Positions 1 to 12,000 of a stretch of 64,000 nucleotides of DNA are shown here, piece by piece (the stretch's first letter is position 1; each line of letters starts with the position of its first letter). Source of the stretch: Macrostomum hystrix (taxonomy: Eukaryota > Animalia > Platyhelminthes); NCBI GenBank assembly GCA_950097015.1, contig CATNEN010000039.1, forward strand, positions 9,362,001 through 9,426,000. The letters run 5' to 3'. The position numbers and the translations under genes are program-made. The notes under the pieces were generated by a model that was not told the origin of the DNA, searched no databases, and was given only the letters and a program-made list of their open reading frames with translations.

Positions 1-92
1 CGCGGGTCCTCCTCTGAGCGCAGCAGCTGAGTACCGTTCTCTTCCACTTTGAGTACAGAGTCGCGGTGGGTGGCCATGTCGCATTGGATCAT
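1..92 (-). CDS. Exon (partial, runs off the window): spectrin repeat
   Basis: ctcatcag|ATG ATC CAA TGC GAC ATG GCC ACC CAC CGC GAC TCT GTA (MIQCDMATHRDSVLKVEENG, cf. VL.NDVLAHQ.TV..V...G). Confidence 0.85.
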   Translation of the reverse strand, partial: MIQCDMATHRDSVLKVEENGTQLLRSEEDP

Positions 93-3000
93 CTGATGAG
101 TTGTGATTGTGGAATTGTTGCAACCTCCGTCTGACCGTTTCTAATGGGATTGTTGCAACCCCCGTCTGACACTTTCTAATTGAATTGTTGCAACCTCAGT
201 CTGACACTTTCTAATTGGCTTGTTGCAACCTCCATCTGACACTTTCTAATTGGATTGTTGCAACCCCTGTCTGACAGTTTCTAATTGAATTGTTGCAACC
301 TCCGACTGATAGTTTCTAATGGAACTGTTGCAACCTCCGCCTGACAGTTTCTAATGGGATTGTTGCAACCTCCGCCTGACAGTTTCTAATGGGATTGTTG
401 CAACCTCCGCCTGACAGTTTCTAATGGGATTGTTGCAACCTCCGCCTGACAGTTTCTAATGGGATTGTTGCAACCTCCGCCTGACAGTTTCTAATGGGAT
501 TGTTGCAACCTCCGCCTGACAGTTTCTAATGGGATTGTTGCAACCTTCGCCTGACAGTTTCTAATGGAATTGTTGCAACCTCCGTCTGACACTTTCTAAT
601 TGAATTGTTGCAACCCCCGTCTGACACTTTCTAATTGAATTGTTGCAACCTCCGTCTGACACTTTCTAATTGAATTGTTGCAACCTCCGTCTGACACTTT
701 CTAATTGAATTGTTGCAACCTCAGTCTGACACTTTCTAATTGGCTTGTTGCAACCTCCATCTGACACTTTCTAATTGGATTGTTGCAACCCCTGTCTGAC
801 AGTTTCTAATTGAATTGTTGCAACCTCCGACTGATAGTTTCTAATGGAACTGTTGCAACCTCCGCCTGACAGTTTCTAATGGGATTGTTGCAACCTCCGC
901 CTGACAGTTTCTAATGGGATTGTTGCAACCTCCGCCTGACAGTTTCTAATGGGATTGTTGCAACCTCCGCCTGACAGTTTCTAATGGGATTGTTGCAACC
1001 TTCGCCTGACAGTTTCTAATGGGATTGTTGCAACCTTCGCCTGACAGTTTCTAATGGGATTATTGCAACCTTCGCCTGACAGTTTCTAATGGGATTGTTG
1101 CAACCGACTGACAGTTTCTAATGGGATTGTTGCAATTTCCGTCTGACACTTTCTAATTGGATTGTTGCAACCCCCGTCTGACAGTTTCTAATGGGATTGT
1201 TGCAACCTTCGCCTGACACTTTCTAATTGGATTGTTGCAACCTTCGCCTGACAGTTTCTAATGGATTTGTTGCAATTTCCGTCTGACACTTTCTAATGAT
1301 GTTTTGCAACTTGGTTTGATGTTCTATTTGAAAGAATTTTAGAGTAACATAAACCATGATTAACAAACAAAAAAATACTTAGGAAAAGTACTTTTTAAAT
1401 AAACCAAGACACCAAACAGAGGTTAAAGAGCGAAAATAACTGTACGACTACCTTTAGCGAGAAGTCGTTTAAACAGCGGGAAAATTCAACTCGCACAATA
1501 GCAATCTGTGAGAGATTTCAGACAGTGTTTAAGTAAGGTATTTTACAGATTCTTATAGATAATTAAAGGTAAAAAATAACCGATTACACCTGCCCTGATT
1601 AGGACAGCAGAGCCACACGATTGCGCGACGCATCTAAAGGCTGCGTACGGCTGTTCAGTCCATGGACTGGGGGGAGGACGCCACACCCTACTGCCTACTT
1701 CCCGATAGCTCCCAAACCGAATGACAGATAGTCGTGAAAGTGCCACCATGTGGATCTAAATTGATCGTCCTTTACGATAAAAATAACTTTCTTAGCCGTC
1801 CGACGTCAGCATCGTCGAGATATTCAGCAGTTCTTGTCGAACGCCCTGGTGACAAGGACAACTAACACTGTTCTGCACAAGCCTCTATGATAGCCGACAT
1901 GAGTACGAGCGTACATGACGCATTTTTTGAGCAGAAAAATTATGCCTATATTGATAGTTTATGCCAACGGAAACCCTGATGAGAATCGTTGAATATCTCG
2001 ACGATGCCGATGTTTAAAAACCACAATGGCCATCGGAATCGGTAATCGAACCCCCGACCTTCAAGTTGTGAGTCATCGGAGACTCAAAAACACGAGGCTG
2101 TGAAGCTGGATTTTATAGACAATAAATGAGCGGAAAGTCTCACCTTGTGCTTAGCGATTTCCATCTCAAGCACATTCGGCTCTCCAACGGGCGCTGTGAG
2201 GCCGTCCAGAGCCTCTTGGGACCTGGCAATCCAGGCCAGTACATGGTCCAGCGCTTGGCCGAACTCGCCCAGTGCGAGCAGCTGGGCCTGCAGGCGATGA
2301 GCGCGCTCGCCGGTGGCGTCCACCAGTAGGTCCCATCGACGCGCCGCCGAGTCCAGAGCCTCTCGGATTGGCTGGCGATTGTCCGGGCCGGCCGTTTGCG
2401 CCAGGCGATCGCCCAGCAGGCGGGACGATTCCAGCGAGGTTGCCAGGGACTCAAGGCCAGATTGGAAATCGGCCAGTTGGTCTATTTGAATGCGCACCTG
2501 CGAATGTTGGCGGAAACAACGACTGCTAATGTCGAGATAAGACCGAGAGGTTAGAAGTTCGAATCCTAGTCGAAACGGAAAGTAATTTCGTTAGTGATTA
2601 GCTATAGCACGAGCTATGAGCTATGAGCGAAATCATTAGGATATGAGCAGGATAATTAGGCTATGAGCAGGATCATTAGGTCATGAGCAGGATCATTAGA
2701 CCATGAGCGGGTTCATTAGGATATGAGCGGGATCATTAGGCTATGAGTAAGATCATTAGACTATGAGCGGGTCATTAGGCTATGAGCGGGTCATTAGGCT
2801 ATGAGCGGGATCATTAGACTATGAGCGGGATCATAAAGCTATGAGCAGGATCATTAAGCTATGAGCGGGATCCCACGCTCACCTGCTCGACCGTGCCGGC
2901 CACGGCTCCCATGCCCGCCAGCCGGGCCTCCGCTCGCTGCAGTCGGGCCAGGAAGTCTCGCAAGGCCTCCTGGAACTCTCTGGCCAGCTCCAGCTGGGCC

Positions 3001-6000
3001 TCCAGAGCCAATCGCCGCTTGGCCAGCTCGCTGCGCAGCTCAGCAGATGCAGTCTGAAGTTCGCGCACAGCAGACGCAACGTCGGGTTGTTCAGCGGCGC
3101 CAACGCGTCCTTTTAGACGATCGCCAGCCGTGGCCAGGCTGCCGAGGCCCAGCTCGGCGTCTTCAAGACCCCTGAGCAGAGTGTCGTTGGCGGTTCGCTG
3201 GCCAGCTAGCTGCTCAGGGCTGGAGCCAAGCGGCTGTGCCGCGCCAGCCCCGGCCGACAAGCCGTTGAGGCGCTCGGTCAGCCGGCTGACGTCGCGCCAG
3301 AAGGCATCGGAGTCGCGCAGGGTTTCGGCGAGACAGGCGGCCCGGGAATCTACGGCGGACTTCAGGTCGGACCATTCGCGCGAGAGCTCTTGGACCCGAT
3401 CGCGAACTAGCAGGTGTGGAGTGCAGGATTTTGTGCTAATCCTCAGAAATCCTCACAACTCGAGTAGAATGATTAAATAGTCCAAAAACATGCTTTGAGT
3501 CACCAAGGTTTGCAAAAGTTTTCTAGTCCCAAAAGTTTAATAATGCCTAATATTCCCAAATCCTAATTATCCTCAAACCTTATAATCCCCACAGTGAATA
3601 ACCCCTAAAGCAAACGACCCCTTTTAATCGAAGCAATTAAAAATCAATCGGCAAGCAACAGCGTAGAAGCAAGAAAGCATATTTTGATAAATTCCTAATT
3701 AAAAATTGATTGGATAAAAGAACAATAAGGCTGCGAACGAGGATATTGGAAAATGGGTAATGACCAACTAGAAGATCGGAAAGGAGGTAATGACCAACTA
3801 GAAGATCGGAAAGGAGGTAATGACCAACTAGAAGATCGGAAAGGAGGTAATGACCAACTAGAAGATCGGAAAGGAGGTAATGACCAACTAGAAGATCGGA
3901 AAGGAGGTAATGACCAACTAGGAGATTGTAAAGGAGGTAATGACGAACTAGAAGATCGAAAAGGAGGTAATGGCCAACTAGGAGATTGTAAAGTAGGTAA
4001 TGACCAACTAGGAGATTGTAATTGAGGTAATGAACAACTAGGAGATTGTAAAGGGGGTAATGACCAACTGGAGATTGTAAAGGAGGTAATGACCAACTAG
4101 AAGATCGGAAAGGAGGTAATGACCAACTAGGAGATTGTAAAGTAGGTAATGACCAACTAGGAGATTGTAAAGGGGGTAATGACCAACTTGGAGATTGGAA
4201 AATGGGTAATGACCAACTAGGAGATTGTAAATAAGGATAATAAATCACAAACTCATTAATCAATCGAAAAAATATTAATGAAAATTTGAGAAAAAGCCAT
4301 GCCATGATCTGCGGCTCATTCTCTAATTAGCTAATTAACACGTCACAAAAATTACTGACCAAAGTGATCAATCACAAAGATGATATATAAGCATTTCACA
4401 CGGACACTTTACACGCTTAGGCAAACTTACTATCGTTAACAATGCGCTGATGTCTTCTGTTGAAACCTGGTTGCGTTATTTTCGTTGGATGTATAGGTTT
4501 CTCGGAATAGATAAACCTTTTCGATTTGTTCTAAATTGCGTATCAAGCTTTGGGTTCAGGGCTCATTTTTCATAAATGGATCAGACTTTTGTGCTCAGGT
4601 TCGGGTTCTGGGTTCAGGGTTCAGGGTTCTGGGTTCAGTGTTCTAGGTTCAGTGTTCTGAGTTCAGGGTTCTGGGTTCAGGGTTCACGGTTCTGTGCTCC
4701 GGGTTCAGGGTTCACGGTTCTGTGCTCTGGGTTCAGGGTTCACGGTTCTGTGCTCTGGGTTCAGGGTTCACGGTTCTGTGCTCCGGGTTCAGGGTTCACG
4801 GTTCTGTGCTCTGGGTTCAGGGTTCTGTGTTCTGGGTTCAGGGTTCACGGTTCTGTGCTCTGGGTTCAGGGTTCACGGTTCTGTGCTCTGGGTTCAGGGT
4901 TCACGGTTCTGTGCTCTGGGTTCAGGGTTCACGGTTCTGTGTTCTGGGTTCAGGGTTCACGGTTCTGTGCTCTGGGTTCAGGGTTCACGGTTCTGTGCTC
5001 TGGGTTCAGGGTTCACGGTTCTGTGCTCTGGGTTCAGGGTTCACGGTTCTGTGTTCTGGGTTCAGGGTTCACGGTTCTGTGCTCTGGGTTCAGGGTTCAC
5101 GGTTCTGTGTTCTGGGTTCAGGGTTCACGGTTCTGTGCTCTGGGTTCAGGGTTCACGGTTCTGTGCTCTGGGTTCAGGGTTCACGGTTCTGTGCTCTGTG
5201 TTCTGGGTTCTGGGTTCTGTGTTCTGGGTTCTGGGCTCTGTGTTCTGGGTTCTGGGCTCTGTGTTCTGGGTTCACGGTTCTGTGTTCTGGGTTCATGGTT
5301 CACGGTTCTGTGCTCTGGGTTCAGGGTTCTGGGTTCTAGGTACAGGGTTCAGGGTTCAGAATTCTGGGTTCTGTGTTCTGGGTTCTGTGCTCCGGGTTCA
5401 GGGTTCACGGTTCTGTGTTCTGGGTTCAGGGTTCACGGTTCTGTGCTCTGGGTTCAGGGTTCACGGTTCTGTGCTCTGGGTTCAGGGTTCACGGTTCTGT
5501 GCTCTGGGTTCAGGGTTCACGGTTCTGTGCTCTGGGTTCAGGGTTCACGGTTCTGTGTTCTGGGTTCAGGGTTCACGGTTCTGTGCTCTGGGTTCAGGGT
5601 TCACGGTTCTGTGCTCTGGGTTCAGGGTTCACGGTTCTGTGCTCTGGGTTCAGGGTTCACGGTTCTGTGTTCTGGGTTCAGGGTTCACGGTTCTGTGCTC
5701 TGGGTTCAGGGTTCACGGTTCTGTGTTCTGGGTTCAGGGTTCACGGTTCTGTGCTCTGGGTTCAGGGTTCACGGTTCTGTGTTCTGGGTTCAGGGTTCAC
5801 GGTTCTGTGTTCTGGGTTCAGGGTTCACGGTTCTGTGTTCTGGGTTCAGGGTTCACGGTTCTGTGCTCTGGGTTCAGGGTTCACGGTTCTGTGCTCTGGG
5901 TTCAGGGTTCACGGTTCTGTGCTCTGGGTTCAGGGTTCTGGGTTCTGGATTCTGTGTTCTGGGTTCTGGGCTCTGTGTTCTGGGTTCTGGGCTCTGTGTT

Positions 6001-9000
6001 CTGGGTTCACGGTTCTGTGTTCTGGGTTCATGGTTCACGGTTCTGTGCTCTGGGTTCAGGGTTCTGGGTTCTAGGTACAGGGTTCAGGGTTCAGAATTCT
6101 GGGTTCAGTGTTCTAGGCTCAGTGTTCTAGGTTCAGTGTTCTGGGTTCAGGGTTCTGGGTTCTGGGTTCACGGTTCAGGGTTCAGGGTTCAGGGTTCAGG
6201 GTTATGGGTTCTGGGTTCAGGGTTCTGGGTTCTGTGTTCTGCGTTCAGGGTTCTGGGTTCTGGGTTCAGGGTTCTGGGTTCAGGGTTCTGGGTTCTGTGT
6301 TCTGCGTTCAGGGTTCTGGGTTCTGGGTTCAGGGTTCTGGGTTCAGGGTTCTGGGTTCAGGGTTCTGGGTTCAGGGTTCTGGGTTCACGGTTCAGGGTTC
6401 AGGGTTCAGGGTTCAGGGTTATGGGTTCAGGGTTCAGGGTTCTGGGTTCTGGGTTCTGGGTTCAGGGTTCTGGGTTCAGGGTTCTGGGTTCAGTGTTCTG
6501 AGTTCAGGGTTCTGGGTTCAGGGTTCAGGGTTCAGCATTCTGGGTTCAGGGTTCTGGGTTTAAAGTTCTGTGTTTAGTGTTCTGGGTTCAGGGTTCTGGG
6601 TTCTGTGTTCTGTGCTCTGGGTTCAGGGTTCTGGGTTCTGGGTACAGGGTTCAGGGTTTAGCATTCTGGGTTTAAAGTTCTGTGTTTAGTGTTCTGGGTT
6701 CAGTGTTCAGGTTCAGCATTCTGGGTTCAGGGTTCTGGGTTCAGGGTTCTGGGTTCAGGATTCTTGGTTCAGGGTTCTGAATTTAAAGTTCAGGGTTCAT
6801 AGTAATGGGTTCAGGGTTCTGGGTTGATTGCTCAGTATTCAGTATTCAGTATTCGGGGTCCTGACTTCAGTGTTCAGGACTTTTTAGGGAAACAAAGCCA
6901 GAATTTTACGCGTCTTTAGCGCCGGTTCACTATGAAAAAGAAGCAATATTTTCGCATTTTTTTCATACCAGTTATAAAAAATGACATAGAAACAAGAGAC
7001 GACACAATGAACCCAAACTTACTTTCGTTAGCCTCTCTTCCTGAGCTGTCAGCGGGCGCAGACGCGGCGGCCACTTCAGCGTCGCCAATAAGCTGATCGG
7101 CGGCGGAGCGGACAGAGTCAAGCGCAGCCAGCCGCAGCTCCAGCTCCCTATCCAGGCTGGCATTGTCGGCCAGCTGTTCGCGCAGTTTGCCAGGATGAGC
7201 CGACACGGGCTCCGGGCATCGAATTAGTTCGCCGGTTAGGGCCAGATTCTCGGCTACGGCGTCGAGTTTTTCGCCGATGTCGGCAGTCCGTGCCAGCAGG
7301 TCGTCGAGCTCGTGCAGCCGGTCGCGCAGGCGGTCCCGCAGGCCGGCGTAGCGATCGGCGGCAGTCTGGGCCCGCTCGGCCACGGTGACGGCCTCCTCGG
7401 GATCGATAAGGCCGGAGACGGCCTGGGCGGTTTTCCTCACTGTCTCAGCCAGGGGACGCTTGTCGTCGACTTGATCTTGAAGAGTCTGACAATGGGCGTG
7501 CGGCAGCAGGGTTTAGTGCTATTTCTTTGAAACATTGGAATCCGCCTAATTCGGCAGTTTCTTCGAGGAATCGAAGGAGGAATCGAGCGATCGTAAATGA
7601 TTAATAATTTACGCGACTCACCAATTGATATCAACATATTTGTGCAAAGTCAAACCTCCATACAAATAAATATAAATCATGTGATCAACATATTTTCCAG
7701 CTACTATAAGTAGGCTGTAATTTACGCCTTTGAGGGCCCACCTCCAAGGCACAGGGAGAGTGTACACTGCCTGACGATGAGAAAGTCACGGCAGATGTAC
7801 AAACCTGTGCAAGCGTGTGCTCAGGAGTCAGCGGAATGGACTGAATTGCCTCCTCGTTGGCTGCAGGTCTAGTGTCACCGAATGGTTTGTCAGTGTAGAC
7901 TGCTGATTGATTATTTTTAATAATTTCGACGTACTCCTGATAACTTGGCACCCAATATATTACTGACCAAACTTAATCAGTAGAATGCTAGACTTCCGAT
8001 TGATCTATAAATAGAGATAAGATTAGCGAGAATTCTTAAACTGTCTATGGCACAAATTGCTGCATGTACACGTACTAACAATTAACCGATACGCACGTAA
8101 TAGTCAGGCGGAATAAAAAAAACTAAAGCACAAAATGCATCGTGAATTATAAAACGATAATAATGAATAATAAATGGTTTCTCTCACCAGTATTAGTTCC
8201 GTCCATGGCTGTTGTAAATATGGTGAAAGTGTTGCCAAGTTAATATGCACTACTAAATCATAAAACCGTGCAAAGCATTTTTATCAACTTTGTCTAGTAA
8301 GCCATTCTTAAAACACAATACTTTTAATAGAGAAAAGTACAACATTCATGCAAAAATATAAAAATGCAAAGCAAAAATGAAAATGATTCTATTCATACTA
8401 CTTATTAGTGAATACGTGCAAGTAGATAATAAGCAAATTAAACTACTTTGGTATAACCCAACTAAGACGTCTAGGGTTCGAATCTCGCTTAAGGTGAAAC
8501 AATTAGTGTCGCTGAACAAGACAAATTGTAAAACTGCTGATAAATGTCCAATCTGCACTGTCCATGGACTGGAGTTTCTACCCAGGTGAGATTTCAGTGA
8601 ATTAGTTAATGACACCAATTGCTTTCCCTGGGCTGGAAATCGAACTCCCGACCTCTCGGTAAAGCACTGGACAACAAGCTTCCCATTTAATGAACAGGTA
8701 AAAATGCTGCCCACCTTAGCCTGGGCCAGGAGGGCTCGGAGATGGTCGGCGCTCAGCCTCGCCGACGGCAGGTCGGCCTCCTCGGCTTCGGCTCGAACTA
8801 GCCAGGCCTCCAGCTGTTCCAGACCTTCGGCCAGCTCGCCAGCCAGAGGAGCGAGTTCGTCTAGTCGGGCGCGTCGGTCAGATGCGAGTCGGACGGCAGC
8901 CGCCTCGGCCAGCCTGGCGGAGTCGATGGAAGCGCGCAGTCGGCCATGATCGTGCGCCGGCCATTCGTGCAGGACAGCCCGGCCGGCCAGCTGAGCCTCC

Positions 9001-12000
9001 GAGGACGTCGCCGACAGGCCGGACAACTCGGCTGCCAGAGACTTCAGAGCGGCCGACTGGCCGGCTAGGAGGCTCGGGTCGCTCGCTGGAGGCTCCAAGG
9101 CTGCCAGGCGACGCTCCAGACGTCGCAGGCGATCGGTGGCGTCGTCGAGACGATTGGCGGCGTCACCGGCTCGAATTCCGGCTGCGTCGGCGCGAGCCAG
9201 ACGATCGGCGAGTGACTCTTCGGCGCGTCGATAGCGCGCCTGATCGCGTTCGGCCACGTCCTCAATGGCGTCGGCGGCTTCTTCGGTTAAGAGGCGCTTG
9301 AGAGCGGCGCCGTCGGACTCCACGGTGGTCAGGCTCGGCCGGAGTCGCTTCAGCTCGCCGTCGATCCGGGCGAGCTCGCCTGAGTAATGAGAACAAGTGC
9401 GATGCTGAAATCTGCACTACGAGCAACTGAAACATCGCTCACAGTTTAAGGGGCGGAACAGCTGAAGAATCGGAGGAAATGGAGGGGTGGAACAGCTGAA
9501 GAATCGGAGGAAATGGAGAGGGGGCGGAACAGCTGAAGAATCGGAGGAAATGGAGAGGGGCGGAACAGCTGAAGAATCGGAGGAAATGGAGAGGGGCGGA
9601 ACAGCTGAAGAATCGGAGGAAATGGAGAGGGGCGGAACAGCTGAAGAATCGGAGGAAATGGAGAGGGGCGGAACAGCTGAAGAATCGGAGGAAATGGAGA
9701 GGGGCGGAACAGCTGAAGAATCGGAGGAAATGGAGAGGGGCGGAACAGCTGAAGAATCGGAGGAAATGGAGAGCGGAACAGCCGCTACAAACCTGAGTCA
9801 GTCTCCGCCCTTCGCGACCTAAGCGCGGCCTCCAGCTCAGGCAGCCGCTGTTCCAACTGGCGATGCGCTGCAGCGAAGCTCTCAGCCAGAGGCAGGGCCC
9901 GCTCCAGCTGCTCCAGCTTAGCGGCAGCTTTGCGCCTGAGCTCCACGTAGTACTGCGACAGCGATGCGACCCGAGCCCGGATGACGTCGGCTTCGGCAGG
10001 CTCCAGCACCGGGGCGTCGGTGCGGCCGCTGACGTTGGAGGACGTCAGACAGTTGGCCTGCCTGGCTAGCTCGTCCATGTCCGCCTGGTGGGCCTCGATA
10101 TCGTCGTTGACCTTCTGCAATTTTGAAAATTTCGAGAACAGAATTAAAATTTTGAAATGGTGCGTAAATTTGATGCGTGATTAACGTCGTTATTTTTTAG
10201 CGCGAATTTAAAGCAATAAAATGCATTTATATATTTCTCAAATATGTACAGTGAGGATTAAACAAAGCATTGTTATAGTTAAAATAAGTTACTCGATCAA
10301 CAATAGAGTGCATTTTAAATAACCACATTTTTTTCTACATCTCCTAAAATATTCAACCAATCGCATTGAAAATCCAGAACACGGGCTAACATTTTTCCGA
10401 TGAAACTAATTCTAGGCAGAATAATAGGCAGCGGGTATTTGAAATACCCCCGTGGTCTTTCCCCAGGAGAGAAAATAGCGTGATCTTTCTTCTGTTAAGA
10501 AATTCGTTACATTTTCTGCGTCTAAATAACTAATTTCGTTAAAAAGCAGGCATTTTTGTTTAGATGTTAGAGGAATCGCCTTGCAGTTATTTTCGATAGC
10601 AAGAAGTTGGCTGATTCTCTCTCAGTAATTTACCACTAGCAAGAGCATAGCCTCCCGATCTAAATCCGGATTAAGGCCAGCAACTTGAGCACCCGAGTCC
10701 ACCTGACTGTCTGTGTGGCACAGCCAGGTGGACAAATCGTTGCACAGCTGGCCATAGAGTCTGAGATGCTCGCTCATGGCTAGCAGGGCTTCCAGTCTGG
10801 ACTCGACACAGTCGAATAATTCTTTGTGCCTTGTGCTCAAGAGATTGAGTTGTTTCTGTACGGACTCTCTGTCAGCCGGGTCTGAGACCGACTCGGCCAA
10901 ACGGCGGCCCAGAATGTTCACTTGGCGCAGCTGGGTCTGCAGATCCGCGAGACCGCCTACAGCGACCTGAGTTGCGGTGAGTTGCAGCGCATGGCAAAAA
11001 ATCTAAAATTGCGCCTAGGAATCAGCTTGAGCCTAGCGACAAAGGTCGAGAGCTCGAATCCTATGTCGTCTCTTACCTGTCAATTCTATCCTCTCTCGCC
11101 TGTTAATCGTACCCTCTCTTACCTTTCAATTCTACCCTCTTTCACCTGTCAATCCTACATTCTCTCCCCTGCCAATCCTACCTTCTCTCACCTGCCAATC
11201 CTACATTCTCTCACCTGTCAATCCTAAACTCTCTCACCTGCCAATCCTACCTTCTCTCACCTGCCAATCCTACATTCTCTCACCTGCCAATCCTACCTTC
11301 TCTCACCTGTCAATCCTAAACTCTCTCGCCTGTCAATGCTACGTTCTCTCACCTGTCAATCCTAGATTCTCTCACCTGTCAATCCTATCTTCTCTCACCT
11401 GTCAATCCTACGTTCTCTCACCTGTCAATCCTAAACTCTCTCGCCTGTCAATGCTACGTTCTCTCACCTGTCAATCCTAGATTCTCTCACCTGTCAATCC
11501 TATCTTCTCTCACCTGTCAATCCTACGTTCTCTCACCTGTCAATCCTAAACTCTAATGCCTGTCAATCCTAAACTCTCACGCCTGTCAATCCTAAACTTT
11601 CTCGCCTGTCAATCCTACATTCTCTCACCTGCCAATCCTACATTCTCTCACCTGCCAATCCTACCTTCTCTCACCTGTCAATCCTAAACTCTCTCGCCTG
11701 TCAATCCTACCTTCTCTCACCTGTCAATCCTAAACTCTCTCGCCTGTCAATCCTAAACTCTCTCGCCTGTCAATCCAACCCTCCAACTTTCTATCCTACC
11801 GTCTCACTTTAAAAGAAAAAAATGTATAGCCTAGTTTTATATGCATATTATTAACATAGAAAATCAAACACATAGAGATTTAATTTAGTTACCTGATTTA
11901 GTAATCCACGATTTATCTATTAAAAGTACAATGCGCTAATCTATTAAAATACGGGGACATGCAACCGTGCTAGATTCAGAAGTCCATGCAAATATATTAA

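Noticed and set aside
110-1310. 35-bp repeats resembling a CRISPR array
   Set aside because: Units are head-to-tail with no unique spacers, there are no cas genes, and the array lies in a spliceosomal intron.
4576-6563. Long ORFs (641, 478, 233 aa) on the plus strand
   Set aside because: Open in all frames because the heptamer satellite lacks stop codons; low-complexity artefacts.
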